Origin: Bermanella sp.
GTDB lineage: Bacteria > Pseudomonadota > Gammaproteobacteria > Pseudomonadales > Oceanobacteraceae
Reading direction: 5' to 3'
Assembly: GCA_034112325.1 (NCBI GenBank)
Contig: JAWUVO010000025.1
Coordinates: 1,324 to 65,323, forward strand
DNA length: 64,000 nucleotides
Under the pieces are notes generated by a model that saw nothing but the letters and a program-made list of their open reading frames with translations, made no database searches and was not told the DNA's origin. Of the stretch, positions 18,758-29,703 are shown one piece after another (the stretch's first letter is position 1; every line of letters starts with the position of its first letter). Both the position numbers and the translations under genes were made by a program.

Positions 18758-20446
18758 ATGCAGATACTTGTTGTAGATGATCAAGCTACCAATAGAGCCA
18801 TTTTAACTTTTCTACTTGAAGAAGACGGCCATACTGTAGTTGAAGCAGAAAACGGTTTAATAGCCGTTGAGCTTTATAAAAAGCATGACATAGATATCGT
18901 TCTAATGGACGTTATAATGCCGGTTATGGACGGTAAAGAAGCCACTAAAATAATTAAGGATTTACAAAAAGATAGTAACTATGTTCCTGTTATTTTCTTG
19001 ACTGCGTTAGATGATGACAAGGCATTAAGTCAATGTTTAGAGTCGGGCGGCGATGATTTTTTAAGTAAACCTTATAACGACTCAGTATTAAAATCTAAAA
19101 TCGCAGCTCATATCCGAATCCGTGAATTAACCAAAGACATAACCCAAAAACATCAAGAATTAACACTCCACAATAGTCGTTGGGAGCGAGAGCAAAATAT
19201 TGTAGCTCATATTTTTAATACTGCTATGGAGCATAATTTAAGTGATTGCGATAACTTGCGTAGTCATATTGCCCCAGCATCTACGTTTAATGGAGATATT
19301 TTATTATCGGCGCCTAGTCCAACGGGTGGCTTGTATGTATTTCTAGGTGATTTTACTGGTCATGGTCTAGGGGCCTCGATTGGTACATTGCCAATCGCGC
19401 ATAGTTTTGAGCAACTGGTAGCGCGGCATTTAAGCGTAGGTGAAATTGCATTTGAGTTTAATAAAATGCTGGGCACTATGCTGCCTGTTTACATGTTCTG
19501 TTGCGCGAGCATCATCGAACTTAACTCTCAAGGTGATAGTCTGCAAGTATGGGGAGGTGGTCTACCTGATGCCTATGTAATAAATGCTGACGGTTCGATT
19601 AAAGACACATTACCATCAGGAAATATGCCACTAGGTGTTGAAAAAGACGAATCTAAATTTAATAAAGGCCATGAAATTAGGCACCTTAACAAAGGCGAGC
19701 GTGTCATATTCTTTACCGACGGAATTATTGAGGCGGAAAGCCCAGAAGGCGAATTCTTTGAAGAGGAACGTCTACTATCATGCTTTAAAGCCGGTACTGA
19801 CGATACAATCGGGGCTATTTTAGAAACGTTAAACGATTTTATACAAGATGCTGAGCAGCGAGATGATATAACACTATTTGAAGTATCAGCCGGTCCTGTA
19901 GTGATTCATCACAGAAATGAAGTAGATAACCAGCAAGATAATTATGATGGTATTTTATGGCGTATGAGTTGTAAATTAGATTCTGATGATATTCGCCGCG
20001 CCAACCCTGTTGAAGAAATAATGTCTATTTTGGGTGCGCAAACTTTAATACGGACTAATAAAGGTGTTATTGGTTTGGTGTTATCTGAAATGTTCAATAA
20101 CGCGCTAGAGCATGGAATATTAGAATTATCTTCCGATTTGAAAAAAACCGAAGATGGCTTCATTGAATATTACCGACAACGTCAAGATCGATTAGATAAC
20201 TTAAAAAATGCGTTAGTTCAAATTAGTTTCAGGTTAATTAAATCTGAAGAAATTATCCTAAGAATTAAAATCACTGATTCTGGTAATGGTTTTGATACCG
20301 AAAAGTTAAAATCATCTTGCAATGAAGATACTTTTGGACGTGGTATAGGCTTGATAAATCGAGTCTGTAATCGGGTAGAGTATCTAGATGGAGGAAGCAC
20401 TTTAGAAGTTGATTTCCCCATAAGTAAAACTATTTCTATGGACTGA
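18758..20446 (+). CDS. Response regulator-PP2C phosphatase-HATPase kinase fusion (HsbR-like)
   Basis: REC (VVDD, MDVIMP, SKP), SpoIIE (NGD, GDFTGHG, FTDGIIE, DDIT), HATPase (EMFNNALEHG, DSGNGF, GRGIGL). Confidence 0.9.
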   Translation: MQILVVDDQATNRAILTFLLEEDGHTVVEAENGLIAVELYKKHDIDIVLMDVIMPVMDGKEATKIIKDLQKDSNYVPVIFLTALDDDKALSQCLESGGDDFLSKPYNDSVLKSKIAAHIRIRELTKDITQKHQELTLHNSRWEREQNIVAHIFNTAMEHNLSDCDNLRSHIAPASTFNGDILLSAPSPTGGLYVFLGDFTGHGLGASIGTLPIAHSFEQLVARHLSVGEIAFEFNKMLGTMLPVYMFCCASIIELNSQGDSLQVWGGGLPDAYVINADGSIKDTLPSGNMPLGVEKDESKFNKGHEIRHLNKGERVIFFTDGIIEAESPEGEFFEEERLLSCFKAGTDDTIGAILETLNDFIQDAEQRDDITLFEVSAGPVVIHHRNEVDNQQDNYDGILWRMSCKLDSDDIRRANPVEEIMSILGAQTLIRTNKGVIGLVLSEMFNNALEHGILELSSDLKKTEDGFIEYYRQRQDRLDNLKNALVQISFRLIKSEEIILRIKITDSGNGFDTEKLKSSCNEDTFGRGIGLINRVCNRVEYLDGGSTLEVDFPISKTISMD

Positions 20447-20468
20447 ATTTTAGTTTTAATAGTTTAAT

Positions 20469-20502
20469 AAAATCCCATCTAAATATATTTAGATGGGATT
20501 TT
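20469..20502. terminator. Bidirectional terminator between convergent genes
   Basis: Perfect 34-bp palindrome AAAATCCCATCTAAATA/TATTTAGATGGGATTTT. Confidence 0.75.
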
Positions 20503-20515
20503 TACATATAATGTT

Positions 20516-21517
20516 TTAAATTTTTTGACTGCGCTGTTTCTGTAGTTCACGTTCTTTTATTTTTTGTTCTCTATGGGAAATAATCGAATCTTTAACATCG
20601 CTGCCAATATGGGTTTCGCCACGGGCTTTAGCCAGCTCTACTTGACGCTCGCGTTCAGCAAAGCGTGCTTTTTGTTCATCGCTTATTTTATCAAAGCAAT
20701 GAGGGCAGCTAACGCCTCTTTGATATTTAGCATTCAGCTTTTCTTCTTCAGTAATCGGTAGGCGACAGGCGTGACACTGATCATATTCACCACGCTCTAA
20801 ATCGTGGTTAACTGTTACTCGTTCATCAAATACAAAGCAGTCGCCTTTCCACATTGTTTCATCTTTAGGCACATCTTCAAGGTATTTAAGGATACCGCCT
20901 TTTAAATGGTAAACCTCTTCGTAGCCTTGCTCCTTCATATACGCGGTAGATTTTTCACAGCGAATACCGCCGGTACAAAACATAGCGACTTTTTTATGCT
21001 TAGTAGGACTCATGTTGTCTTGCACGTACTGTGGAAACTCTCTGAATGTTTCTGTGTTCGGATTTATTGCGTTTTCAAACGTGCCTACTTGAAACTCATA
21101 ATCGTTGCGGGTATCAACTAAAACAACATCTGGGTCACTGATCAATGCATTCCAATCTTTTGGCTCTACGTAGGTGCCCACCACCTGCTTAGGGTCTATG
21201 CCTTCAATGCCCATGGTAACGATTTCTTTTTTTAATTTAACCTTAGTACGGTTAAATGGCATGACTTCAGTGAATGACTCTTTGAAACTAATATCTGTTA
21301 GACGCTCGTCACTTTTAAGCCAGTTTAATAAGGTATCAATTGCCTCACGCGAACCCGCAACGGTGCCATTAATACCTTCGTTGGCCAGCAGCAATGTGCC
21401 TTTAATGTGATTGTCGTCCATAACTTTGAACAGCTTAGGTTTAATCTCTTGATGATTGTCCAGAGTGACAAACTTGTACATTGCGCAAACCACAATGCTA
21501 CCAGAGGTGTTGTTCAT
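20516..21517 (-). CDS. trhO: tRNA U34 hydroxylase TrhO (YceA, rhodanese-related)
   Basis: [36 protein letters not shown]. Confidence 0.92.
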   Translation of the reverse strand: MNNTSGSIVVCAMYKFVTLDNHQEIKPKLFKVMDDNHIKGTLLLANEGINGTVAGSREAIDTLLNWLKSDERLTDISFKESFTEVMPFNRTKVKLKKEIVTMGIEGIDPKQVVGTYVEPKDWNALISDPDVVLVDTRNDYEFQVGTFENAINPNTETFREFPQYVQDNMSPTKHKKVAMFCTGGIRCEKSTAYMKEQGYEEVYHLKGGILKYLEDVPKDETMWKGDCFVFDERVTVNHDLERGEYDQCHACRLPITEEEKLNAKYQRGVSCPHCFDKISDEQKARFAERERQVELAKARGETHIGSDVKDSIISHREQKIKERELQKQRSQKI

Positions 21518-21665
21518 AGTGTCTCCTGCTAACCGAAACGTAAAATCGGCGCTTTATTAGATGTGTTACTTACTAGGCATTAAAATTTATGCGAAAAAAG
21601 TAGGGGCATTATAGGTATTTTAGATAATTTGTGAAGAGGGTAAGAGCGTATCTTATTGATCAAGG

Positions 21666-21700
21666 ACAAGCTTTAAGCCTTTTTTAGGCTTAAAGCTTGT
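21666..21700 (-). terminator. Hairpin terminator after the aminopeptidase gene
   Basis: ACAAGCTTTAAGCCT-TTTTT-AGGCTTAAAGCTTGT. Confidence 0.65.
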
Positions 21701-21726
21701 ATCTAACGAGGTTGTTATTTCGCTAT

Positions 21727-23091
21727 TTATTTACCTGAGTATCTAGATCGAAGCAATTCGAAAACAGCTCTAATGCCCATGGCTTCTCCGCCAACAGGTC
21801 GGCCTGGTAAACTGCGGTTGTTCCAAGCCATAACATCTATATGAACCCACGGAATATCACTTTCGACAAATTCATTTAAATATAAAGCGGCCGTTATTGC
21901 ACCCGCTAATGGGGTACTGGCGCTATTGGTTAGGTCTGCAATATCGCTTTTTAGCATGGATAAGTAGGGCTTATGCAAAGGTAGTTGCCAAACAGGGTCT
22001 TCAGTTTTTATACCTGCGCTCATTAAATCTGCAGCTACGGTGTTATCAGTACTGAAAAATCCCGGTAACTCTGTACCAAGTGCTATACGACAAGCCCCAG
22101 TTAAAGTGGCAAAGTCTAAGATCAGCTCAGGTTTGTCGTTACAGGCTTCGGCTAAGGCATCACACAATACTAAGCGCCCCTCAGCATCAGTATTGTCTAT
22201 TTCAACTGTAATGCCCTTGCGAGTAGTTAAAACGTCACCTGGGCGAAATGCATTACTAGATACAGCATTCTCTACACTTGGAATTATGACCCGTAACTGA
22301 ATTGGAAGGTTATGGCTCATAATTAAGTGGGCTAGGCCCATTACATGAGCAGCGCCACCCATATCTTTTTTCATATTTCGCATTGCAGAGGCAGGTTTTA
22401 AATCTAAGCCGCCACTGTCAAAGCATACTCCTTTACCTACCAAGGTTATTTTTGGATGAGATTTATCCCCCCAATGTAAATCTAATAGACGTGGCTGATG
22501 TACGCTGGCGCGACCAACTGCGTGAATTGTTGGATAATTTTGGGTAAGTAGCTCGTCACCAATAATTTCGCTGAAGGTTGCATCAAATTGTTTTGCAACG
22601 ACTTGAACTAGCTCAGACATATGCTCAGGCATCATATCGCTTGCAGGGGTGTTGACCATGTCTCGAACTAGATAGGTGGCATTTATAAACTGATGAGCGC
22701 TATCAACTATTTCTTGATTATCGATTAATAAACTGGCTTGAGCTGAAGTAGCTTGTTTGTAACGGTCAAATTTATACTGGGCTAGGCCAAAGGCAATGGC
22801 CACATTTTTTTGCGTAGTATGGTCACACATTAGTTGGAATGCTTGTTTAGGAAGCAGGTTGGCTAGTTCGGCGCAGGCAAAAAGCTGATCAGCTAATTCC
22901 GTAACAAATACAGCTTGCTGAAGGCGTCCGTCGGGTCCAGGAATTGTGCAAAGTCCCAAGCCCTCAAAACCACAGCTGTTCATCCAGCTTTGCACGTGTT
23001 CAGGCTGTAAATCTATCCAAGCCTTTAGATTATCACTTTTAACAATATGTAGTGGTGTGCCAGTCGAACCAAACGAGATTTGGGCTTGCAT
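21727..23091 (-). CDS. M17 leucyl aminopeptidase family protein
   Basis: VGKGVCFDSGGLDLK, MKKDMGGAA, NTDAEGRL, ATLTGA. Confidence 0.95.
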   Translation of the reverse strand: MQAQISFGSTGTPLHIVKSDNLKAWIDLQPEHVQSWMNSCGFEGLGLCTIPGPDGRLQQAVFVTELADQLFACAELANLLPKQAFQLMCDHTTQKNVAIAFGLAQYKFDRYKQATSAQASLLIDNQEIVDSAHQFINATYLVRDMVNTPASDMMPEHMSELVQVVAKQFDATFSEIIGDELLTQNYPTIHAVGRASVHQPRLLDLHWGDKSHPKITLVGKGVCFDSGGLDLKPASAMRNMKKDMGGAAHVMGLAHLIMSHNLPIQLRVIIPSVENAVSSNAFRPGDVLTTRKGITVEIDNTDAEGRLVLCDALAEACNDKPELILDFATLTGACRIALGTELPGFFSTDNTVAADLMSAGIKTEDPVWQLPLHKPYLSMLKSDIADLTNSASTPLAGAITAALYLNEFVESDIPWVHIDVMAWNNRSLPGRPVGGEAMGIRAVFELLRSRYSGK

Positions 23092-23342
23092 GAAATTACC
23101 TAAGTATTTAATTTATTTGGTATTTTAGCGCTATTTGAAAAAATGATGCAGTATAAAATCACAGAATAAATAACAATATAATGTAGACAAGAAAGGATAG
23201 CGTATATATTAAAAATTGCGAGGAATTATAAACTTTATAACAAAAAACGATAATAGGATATGTATAAAAATAACCTAAATTTGGTAAGGGGAAACGATGC
23301 GCTACAGCTTAAAAACGCAAAGAACGGTTACTTCTTGACGCA

Positions 23343-23375
23343 ATAAAAGAAAGCAGCATCGCTGCTTTCTTTTAT
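23343..23375 (-). terminator. Terminator of the cold-shock gene
   Basis: ATAAAAGAAAGCAGC-ATC-GCTGCTTTCTTTTAT. Confidence 0.85.
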
Positions 23376-23378
23376 ACA

Positions 23379-23585
23379 CTAAGCTGGGATTACATCTTCA
23401 GCTTGTGGACCTTTTTGACCATCAGTAACAGTCATTGTTACTTCTTGTCCTTCAGCCAAAGTTTTACGTCCATCGCCGCTGATAGCGCTGTAATGTACGA
23501 ATACATCTTTGCCACCTTCTTGCTGAATGAATCCAAAACCTTTTTCGTCGTTAAACCATTTAACGGTACCGGTAACACGGGACAT
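23379..23585 (-). CDS. Cold-shock protein (CspA family)
   Basis: GTVKWFN, KGFGFI (RNP1), DVFVH (RNP2). Confidence 0.97.
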   Translation of the reverse strand: MSRVTGTVKWFNDEKGFGFIQQEGGKDVFVHYSAISGDGRKTLAEGQEVTMTVTDGQKGPQAEDVIPA

Positions 23586-23808
23586 GCTTATTACTCTTTT
23601 TTCTGGCCAGACAAGCTGGCATTTAAATCACTACGCGAACGTAATTGGTTGTTAACTTAGTTAAATTCTTTAAAGAATCTAACTAAATCTGAAACTATAT
23701 TAATCCCTATTGTTTAAAAATAACACTAAAAATTTACATAAATTCACTTTTTTTAGTTAACTATTAGCCCTGCGATAATCGGGCCATATTTTAATTTAAT
23801 GATTAAAA

Positions 23809-25371
23809 TTACGACGAACAGCTAATCTCTAGTTTTTTACCCCAGTCAGGAGGAAGGGCGGCTAGGTAATCAAATTCAGGCTGTTCTTCAAAAGGGTTTT
23901 TTAGAGCCTGATGTAGACTTTCTATAGTACTGTAATTACCAGCCTGAGCATCTGCAATTGCATTTTGAGCTAAATAATTTCTTAGAATATATTTAGGGTT
24001 GACTCGGTTCATTTTTTTACTGCGCTCAGGGCTATTAATATCTTGTTTATCAGCGGTTAAAGCGTTTAGGTAGTTTTCATACCACTGATCAAATACATTT
24101 ATATCTAATGCCATATCTCTTAATTTTTTTAAAATATTGGTGTTTTTAATTTGACTAAGTTGCCTAAAAAAGAAGGTGAAATCTAAACGGCATTTAGCCA
24201 ACATATTTAATGTTTGATCAATAATGTCTTTGTGCAATAAAGTATCAATAGTAGGAGGTTTATGGCGGTGGTCATTCGTATTATTTTGTATCGTATTTTG
24301 AGAGGCTGATAAACCTAATTTATTTCGCATTATTTCTAAAAAATAATGTGAAAAAATTTCTGGGTAGCTATTTAGCTGTGGGACTAATAGGGTTTTACTT
24401 GCGAGGGGTAAAAGGGCTTGAGCTAAAACAGCTAAGTTCCAGTTTGCAATATTAGGTTGCTGATTAAAAGCGTAACGCCCTTGGTTATCGCTATGATTAC
24501 AAATAAAATCTGGATCGTAGTCATCTAAAAAAGCAAATGGGCCAAAATCAAATGTGTCACCAATAATCGACATATTATCGGTATTCATAACACCATGATT
24601 AAAACCGACAGATTGCCACTGGGCCATTAACTTGGCTGTTTTTTGTAGGGTATATCTATAAAACTCTACATATTTATTTTCATCAAAATCTTTATCTTTA
24701 TCTTTTGCGGAGTATTTATCGGAAAGATCAGGGTAGTGTTGTTTAATTACATGATCGCAGAGAGTTCTTAATAACTTGTGTTTCTGGGTAAATGAACAGT
24801 ATTCAAAGTGACCAAATCTAATATGAGATTCGCTAACACGAATAATCATTGATGCGGTTTCGGTCGTTTCACGGTATACCGGTGTATCACTGTCTACTAC
24901 ACATAACGCTCGGGTCGAAGGAATTCCTAGCGCAAACAGGGCTTCGCTGCATAAAAACTCACGTATAGATGATCGTAGTACAGCTCGGCCGTCACCTTGT
25001 CTCGAATAGGGTGTTACACCTGCGCCCTTTAAATGTAAATCGAGCAATGTTCCTTTATTAGTTTTAACTTGAGCTAATAATACACCGCGACCATCTCCAA
25101 GGTCTGGGTTGTAATGTCCAAATTGATGGCCTGTATATTTCATCGCCACCGGATTCCATGTGCTTAAAATACCTTGCCCTGATATTAATTTTAATGCGTC
25201 TGTACTGTTTAAAGTATCAGCATTGATTCCAATAAGCGCGGCACAAGAATCACTACTTAGAACTATTTTTGGGTTAGAAATCCCTTGGGGCTTGATTGGT
25301 GTATACAATTCACTGGGCAGTGTTTGAAAATGCTGTATGTAATCAAGTTCAAGTAAATTAGACATAATCAT
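23809..25371 (-). CDS. selO: Protein adenylyltransferase SelO (YdiU)
   Basis: YTGHQFG, LGDGR, LKGAG.TPYSR.GDGRAVLRS, HGVMNTDN, C-terminal SCSS. Confidence 0.95.
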   Translation of the reverse strand: MIMSNLLELDYIQHFQTLPSELYTPIKPQGISNPKIVLSSDSCAALIGINADTLNSTDALKLISGQGILSTWNPVAMKYTGHQFGHYNPDLGDGRGVLLAQVKTNKGTLLDLHLKGAGVTPYSRQGDGRAVLRSSIREFLCSEALFALGIPSTRALCVVDSDTPVYRETTETASMIIRVSESHIRFGHFEYCSFTQKHKLLRTLCDHVIKQHYPDLSDKYSAKDKDKDFDENKYVEFYRYTLQKTAKLMAQWQSVGFNHGVMNTDNMSIIGDTFDFGPFAFLDDYDPDFICNHSDNQGRYAFNQQPNIANWNLAVLAQALLPLASKTLLVPQLNSYPEIFSHYFLEIMRNKLGLSASQNTIQNNTNDHRHKPPTIDTLLHKDIIDQTLNMLAKCRLDFTFFFRQLSQIKNTNILKKLRDMALDINVFDQWYENYLNALTADKQDINSPERSKKMNRVNPKYILRNYLAQNAIADAQAGNYSTIESLHQALKNPFEEQPEFDYLAALPPDWGKKLEISCSS

Positions 25372-25462
25372 TGAATCTTAAAAGTAGAATTTTAGTATAC
25401 GCTATCTTAGTCAACTTCTTAACCGCACATTAACCCTGTATTATTAACTTACTAATTAGTTA

Positions 25463-26335
25463 CTAGGTTCGAGTCTTTGTTTGTTTATTTACCACTAATA
25501 AAATCCCTGCCAAAATTAGAATACATGCCAATATAAACGATCCAGTTATTGCTTCACCAGTCCAAATAAAACCACCAAACGCGGCCAAAATTGGTACTAA
25601 TAATTGTAATACCGAGGCACTGCTAATACTTAGATTCGGAAGTACTGAATACCAAATCCAATAACCAATACCAGAAGCCAGGCTGCCAGATGCAACAGCA
25701 TAAATAAGACCTACTGAAGTAATATTAAATTCAATAAAAATACCATAGCCTGGTAAAAGTAACACAATGAACAGTAGGCTGATGATAAAATTTTTCGTCG
25801 TATCAAGCTTTGCATTTTTTGAATGTTTACCAGCTAGGGTGTAACCAGCCCAAGCAACACCTGATAAAACCATAAGGATAGCCCCTAATAAAGAAGGGCT
25901 TTGACTGCTAGGTAGCATCCAGTATACAAATCCTACTATGGCTAGAAATAATCCAGTTAACTCCTGGTTGCTGGGTTTGTTGCCATTAACAAACTGCACA
26001 AATATCATCGTAAATTGAACGCTGGCAAAAAGAAGCAGTGCCCCACTAGCAGTATCTAAAATAATGTAGGCGTAAGAGAAAAGGGCAGCATAAAAAAATA
26101 GGTAGCCACCTTTTAGAAGAGTCTTACTATTTAATTCAGTTTTAATATTTGGGATACTAGAGCCAGACAGCAGTAACAGTGCAAGTAACGTGATGGCACC
26201 ACTTATTAATCTAATAATAGTAAAGCTATTAGCATCAATTAATTGTCCACCAAGTGCTAGTCGGCATAATACGCTATTCCCAGCGAAGGCCAGAAGTGCG
26301 ATTGTTGTTAATATGGAAATTTTCACAGGCTGCAA
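25463..26335 (-). CDS. DMT/EamA family transporter
   Basis: ~10 TM helices; AFAGNSVLCR, FSYAY, ASGIGYWIWY. Confidence 0.88.
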   Translation of the reverse strand: MQPVKISILTTIALLAFAGNSVLCRLALGGQLIDANSFTIIRLISGAITLLALLLLSGSSIPNIKTELNSKTLLKGGYLFFYAALFSYAYIILDTASGALLLFASVQFTMIFVQFVNGNKPSNQELTGLFLAIVGFVYWMLPSSQSPSLLGAILMVLSGVAWAGYTLAGKHSKNAKLDTTKNFIISLLFIVLLLPGYGIFIEFNITSVGLIYAVASGSLASGIGYWIWYSVLPNLSISSASVLQLLVPILAAFGGFIWTGEAITGSFILACILILAGILLVVNKQTKTRT

Positions 26336-26457
26336 CTTTATTTATGTAACATGTAGATCAAACGTTAGTGTGCATTATTACTGGTTAATGACCTGTTGTT
26401 AAGTCTATTTATATTTTAAATTTAATTCTAGTTTTGAAGGAGGAGGAATGAGTACCG

Positions 26458-27672
26458 TTAAAAAAGTTCAACCTCGCTGCCATCATCCTTAGTACCTGGA
26501 CCATTTTCAATTTCTAATCCATCCTTACTGATAAGGCGTTGGACCAAGTTCTCTTGATTGTCTACTAGGTGTTGCAGCAATCTAATTAGGCTATCAAAGG
26601 TTACTTGAATAGTTTCATAATTTTGCACTTTTGCCATTGCTTCATTGATTTTATCTTCAATGCTTCGCATTAAATAAACTTCTTGATCTTCATCAAGTCC
26701 TAGTCGTGGCATAGCTGCTTCAAGAGATGTTAATAAGTTGTTAAGTAGTGTTGAGCCATCTTCCTGCCCCTCGCGCATTTGCCCAGCCAGTCCGTCTAAT
26801 GTATCGCGAATATTTTTAAAACTCTCAGAAAACCTCATAGTATGGTGTTGTAATAAAAGCTCCATTTCTAGCTGCAAAACCTTTTGATTTGCACAGGCTA
26901 GAATAGGTGGGATTAAATCTTTATAACGGCCATAGCGTACACGGTCTTCTACAGGCATATTTTTAACTAAACAGGCTACCACGGGATAATTTATTTGGGT
27001 GCGATGACCAAAATCAAAAAATCGATCTTCATGCCTCAAGCGTTGCATTATTTCCTTTTCAATAGGTTTATTATCGCCATCACTACAAAAAAAGTAGTTC
27101 TCTTGATTACTCTCAAAATACAGGCAAGATTTTAAATTAAGCGAGGTAAAAACTGAAAAAATAGAGCTAGCCAGTTGTTCAAAATTACTAATAGCATAGG
27201 TTTTTTCAAAAAACTGAAGTATTAAGCCAAGCTCGCTGGCGCCAGTCATAGACTCGATAGCGGTGCTTTGAGCTTCTTTGAACTGACTAGAAAGAATTTC
27301 TTTATGTTCATGTTGGCGTAAAACAGCTTTTACTTTTGCAATAAGCTCGGTAATTTCAAATGGCTTTGTAATGTAATCGTCAGCGCCGGCTTCATAACCT
27401 TTAATTCTTTCATTAAGATTACTCTTATCTGAAATAAATAATATTGGGGTAAATAAAAATTCTGGGTTAAGGCGTAACTTCTGGCAAAGTTGGTAGCCAT
27501 TACTGTCGGGTAGCTCTGCGTCTATTAAAATAATATCGGGTTTGATTTGCTCTATTAAAGTCTCTGCTTCAGAGCCTGTAACAGCAAAATGAAGTACTAA
27601 AGTTTCATTTAGTGCTTGCTCAATATATCTTTGAGAGATTTTGTCGTTTTCGACAATAACCGCTGATTTCAT
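26458..27672 (-). CDS. Response regulator with REC domain and uncharacterised C-terminal region
   Basis: VEND, LIDAELP, GADDYITKPF; helical C-terminus ending EVELF. Confidence 0.85.
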   Translation of the reverse strand: MKSAVIVENDKISQRYIEQALNETLVLHFAVTGSEAETLIEQIKPDIILIDAELPDSNGYQLCQKLRLNPEFLFTPILFISDKSNLNERIKGYEAGADDYITKPFEITELIAKVKAVLRQHEHKEILSSQFKEAQSTAIESMTGASELGLILQFFEKTYAISNFEQLASSIFSVFTSLNLKSCLYFESNQENYFFCSDGDNKPIEKEIMQRLRHEDRFFDFGHRTQINYPVVACLVKNMPVEDRVRYGRYKDLIPPILACANQKVLQLEMELLLQHHTMRFSESFKNIRDTLDGLAGQMREGQEDGSTLLNNLLTSLEAAMPRLGLDEDQEVYLMRSIEDKINEAMAKVQNYETIQVTFDSLIRLLQHLVDNQENLVQRLISKDGLEIENGPGTKDDGSEVELF

Positions 27673-27742
27673 GACAATACTCTTCCTTGGTATAGCTAAG
27701 GCTAAGTATAGTCATTTTTTTTTAAATGCTAGGCAAAATAAA

Positions 27743-27943
27743 TTATTTTTTATTTGCAGCTTGTTTTAACAGTTCTTGTAATTCTATTTTGGTATTTGAA
27801 TTAGCTAGAGCCGCTTTTATTTTCGATTTTATCCCTGCTTTAACTGCATTTTCAGTATTTAAACGGTCAAATTCTTTTTTGCAGCAGTCTTGATAATCTT
27901 TTCCACTTCCACATGGGCAGCTTTGGTCCTGTGTTTCATCCAT
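27743..27943 (-). CDS. SEC-C metal-binding motif protein
   Basis: CPCGSGKDYQDCC. Confidence 0.85.
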   Translation of the reverse strand: MDETQDQSCPCGSGKDYQDCCKKEFDRLNTENAVKAGIKSKIKAALANSNTKIELQELLKQAANKK

Positions 27944-27975
27944 TATAATTGTCCATTTTGTAGTATTCGTTGTCG

Positions 27976-29703
27976 CTATTTAATTGTTGAGCGCTCTGAC
28001 GGGTATAAAGGTGTCAGGGTATTCGAGTTGTTTGTAGCTTGGCCTTTATAACCTGAAAAAAGTTGCCACAAGTATTCACCTTGCCAAGCACTGTTACCGG
28101 TTTGGCTATACAAGGTATAATCGAGCTCATTAAGTGCTGTTTTTAAAGCTGGGTCATCTGTTTGCTTAGCTACTTGATCTAAGCTAACAAAAGTCGTGTT
28201 ATTAAAACTATTAGTCCAATTTACCTGCGCCCAATTCAAAATAGCTATTCTGGCGGCCGCTGGATCATTACTGCGACACGCTTGTTTAACCAGTTTTAAG
28301 GTTGCATTGTTACTGGGTCCTTTATCTAACGTTTTAGAGTTTAAAAGTGGATTAGTAGTAGACCTAGCTTGCAACCATAAGTAAGTAAAAAGTAACCATA
28401 AGAACCCAAAGCAAGCGGCGACTATAGGCCATAACATTCCGCTTGTTGATTCTTTAGACTGTACCGCACTAACCATGTTAGAGGACAAGCTATTTGATTC
28501 TGCAGGTATTTCTTGCTGTTTTGGCTCTGGGAGCGCTTGACTCGAACCATTGGCATTTACTGCCATAAGTCGCTGTGCTGGCAGAACCGAATATTTTAAT
28601 GAGACTTCTTTAGTATCCCACCAAGGCACACGTATTTCAGGAAGCGTTATGGCCCCAGCTTGGGTTGGCACAAATGCAATACTCTGGGTGCGACTGCCAA
28701 CCACACCAGAGCTGTTATTCGAGTCATTAATTTGTGCTTGGTCGGGGTAATATTTTAGTCCCATAACGTCTGGTAACTGCAAGTCAGGTAATTGAGCGCT
28801 GGTTAATCCGTCAGCGGTTAATCTTAATTCAAGTGTAATGGGCTCACCTACTTTAAGTTGGCTCACATCACCACGCCATTTATAGTCTAATTTAACCTCT
28901 TGTGCAGGCAACCAAGTGCCATCAGGGTAGCTAGCGGGCTTTGGTAAAACAGGAATATTAATAGGGCCATGACTAATGCGAATAGGGCGGCCACCGCGCC
29001 AACGGCCATTACTTATTTCGCCACTATAAATTGGTCCCGGAATAACAAGCTCACCACTAGTTTGGGGGAAAATAAGACTTTTACGTTCATAAACTTCGTA
29101 AGAGCGGCCATTTAGTTGGGTACGGTAATGTTTTACTTCGCCCAGTGGCAGAACCACTGCTTCATCAACAAGGATTTCACTCAGCTGGCTGTTTTCTAAC
29201 GGAACAGAAAAATATAGCTTTTCAGTATACAAAACTTGAGCTTGAACATAGGCGCTTTTTACATCAACTTCAGTGTGAAAAAAAACATCTTTTTGTTGGT
29301 TTTTAATCTCGGCTGAAACGGCGCTTACACGTATTTGAATGGGTTTAGTGGTCTCCCCTTTAAATGATAGTGAAGGCAATACTAAATTGCCCTTGCGTTT
29401 AGGGATTAAAGACACTGTCCAAATGGTCCAAGATTCACTGCGACCATCAATATACTGAAAATTGTTTTTTCGGGTGGTATTAATAACATCAAATTGCTGT
29501 TGCAAAGGCGAAAAATCAGGATCTCCTGAAAATACATTTGAATTGTATTTAACGGTTAATACAATAGATTCACCTTCGGCTACTTGAGTTCGATCAACCG
29601 AGCTAATGAAGTCTATAGCCCAGCTTTGCTGGCTACATAATGTAACTAATAAAAAACAGATGCTGCGAATGATGATTACTGCTTTTGATGAATGAATTAC
29701 CAC
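27976..29703 (-). CDS. BatD family protein
   Basis: SSVDR, repeated Ig-like units, PQTSG, WLPA, YPDQ, PWWD; position in the moxR cluster. Confidence 0.88.
   Translation of the reverse strand: MVIHSSKAVIIIRSICFLLVTLCSQQSWAIDFISSVDRTQVAEGESIVLTVKYNSNVFSGDPDFSPLQQQFDVINTTRKNNFQYIDGRSESWTIWTVSLIPKRKGNLVLPSLSFKGETTKPIQIRVSAVSAEIKNQQKDVFFHTEVDVKSAYVQAQVLYTEKLYFSVPLENSQLSEILVDEAVVLPLGEVKHYRTQLNGRSYEVYERKSLIFPQTSGELVIPGPIYSGEISNGRWRGGRPIRISHGPINIPVLPKPASYPDGTWLPAQEVKLDYKWRGDVSQLKVGEPITLELRLTADGLTSAQLPDLQLPDVMGLKYYPDQAQINDSNNSSGVVGSRTQSIAFVPTQAGAITLPEIRVPWWDTKEVSLKYSVLPAQRLMAVNANGSSQALPEPKQQEIPAESNSLSSNMVSAVQSKESTSGMLWPIVAACFGFLWLLFTYLWLQARSTTNPLLNSKTLDKGPSNNATLKLVKQACRSNDPAAARIAILNWAQVNWTNSFNNTTFVSLDQVAKQTDDPALKTALNELDYTLYSQTGNSAWQGEYLWQLFSGYKGQATNNSNTLTPLYPSERSTIK

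Noticed and set aside
21533-21549. Cis-regulatory hairpin before the trhO RBS
   Set aside because: The stem is too short to support without comparative data.
23586-23700. cspA-type RNA thermometer
   Set aside because: An AT-rich hairpin exists (~23657-23686) but cannot be matched to the Rfam model by eye.
23809-23830. Selenocysteine recoding in SelO
   Set aside because: The gene ends SCSS-TAA with Cys; there is no in-frame TGA.
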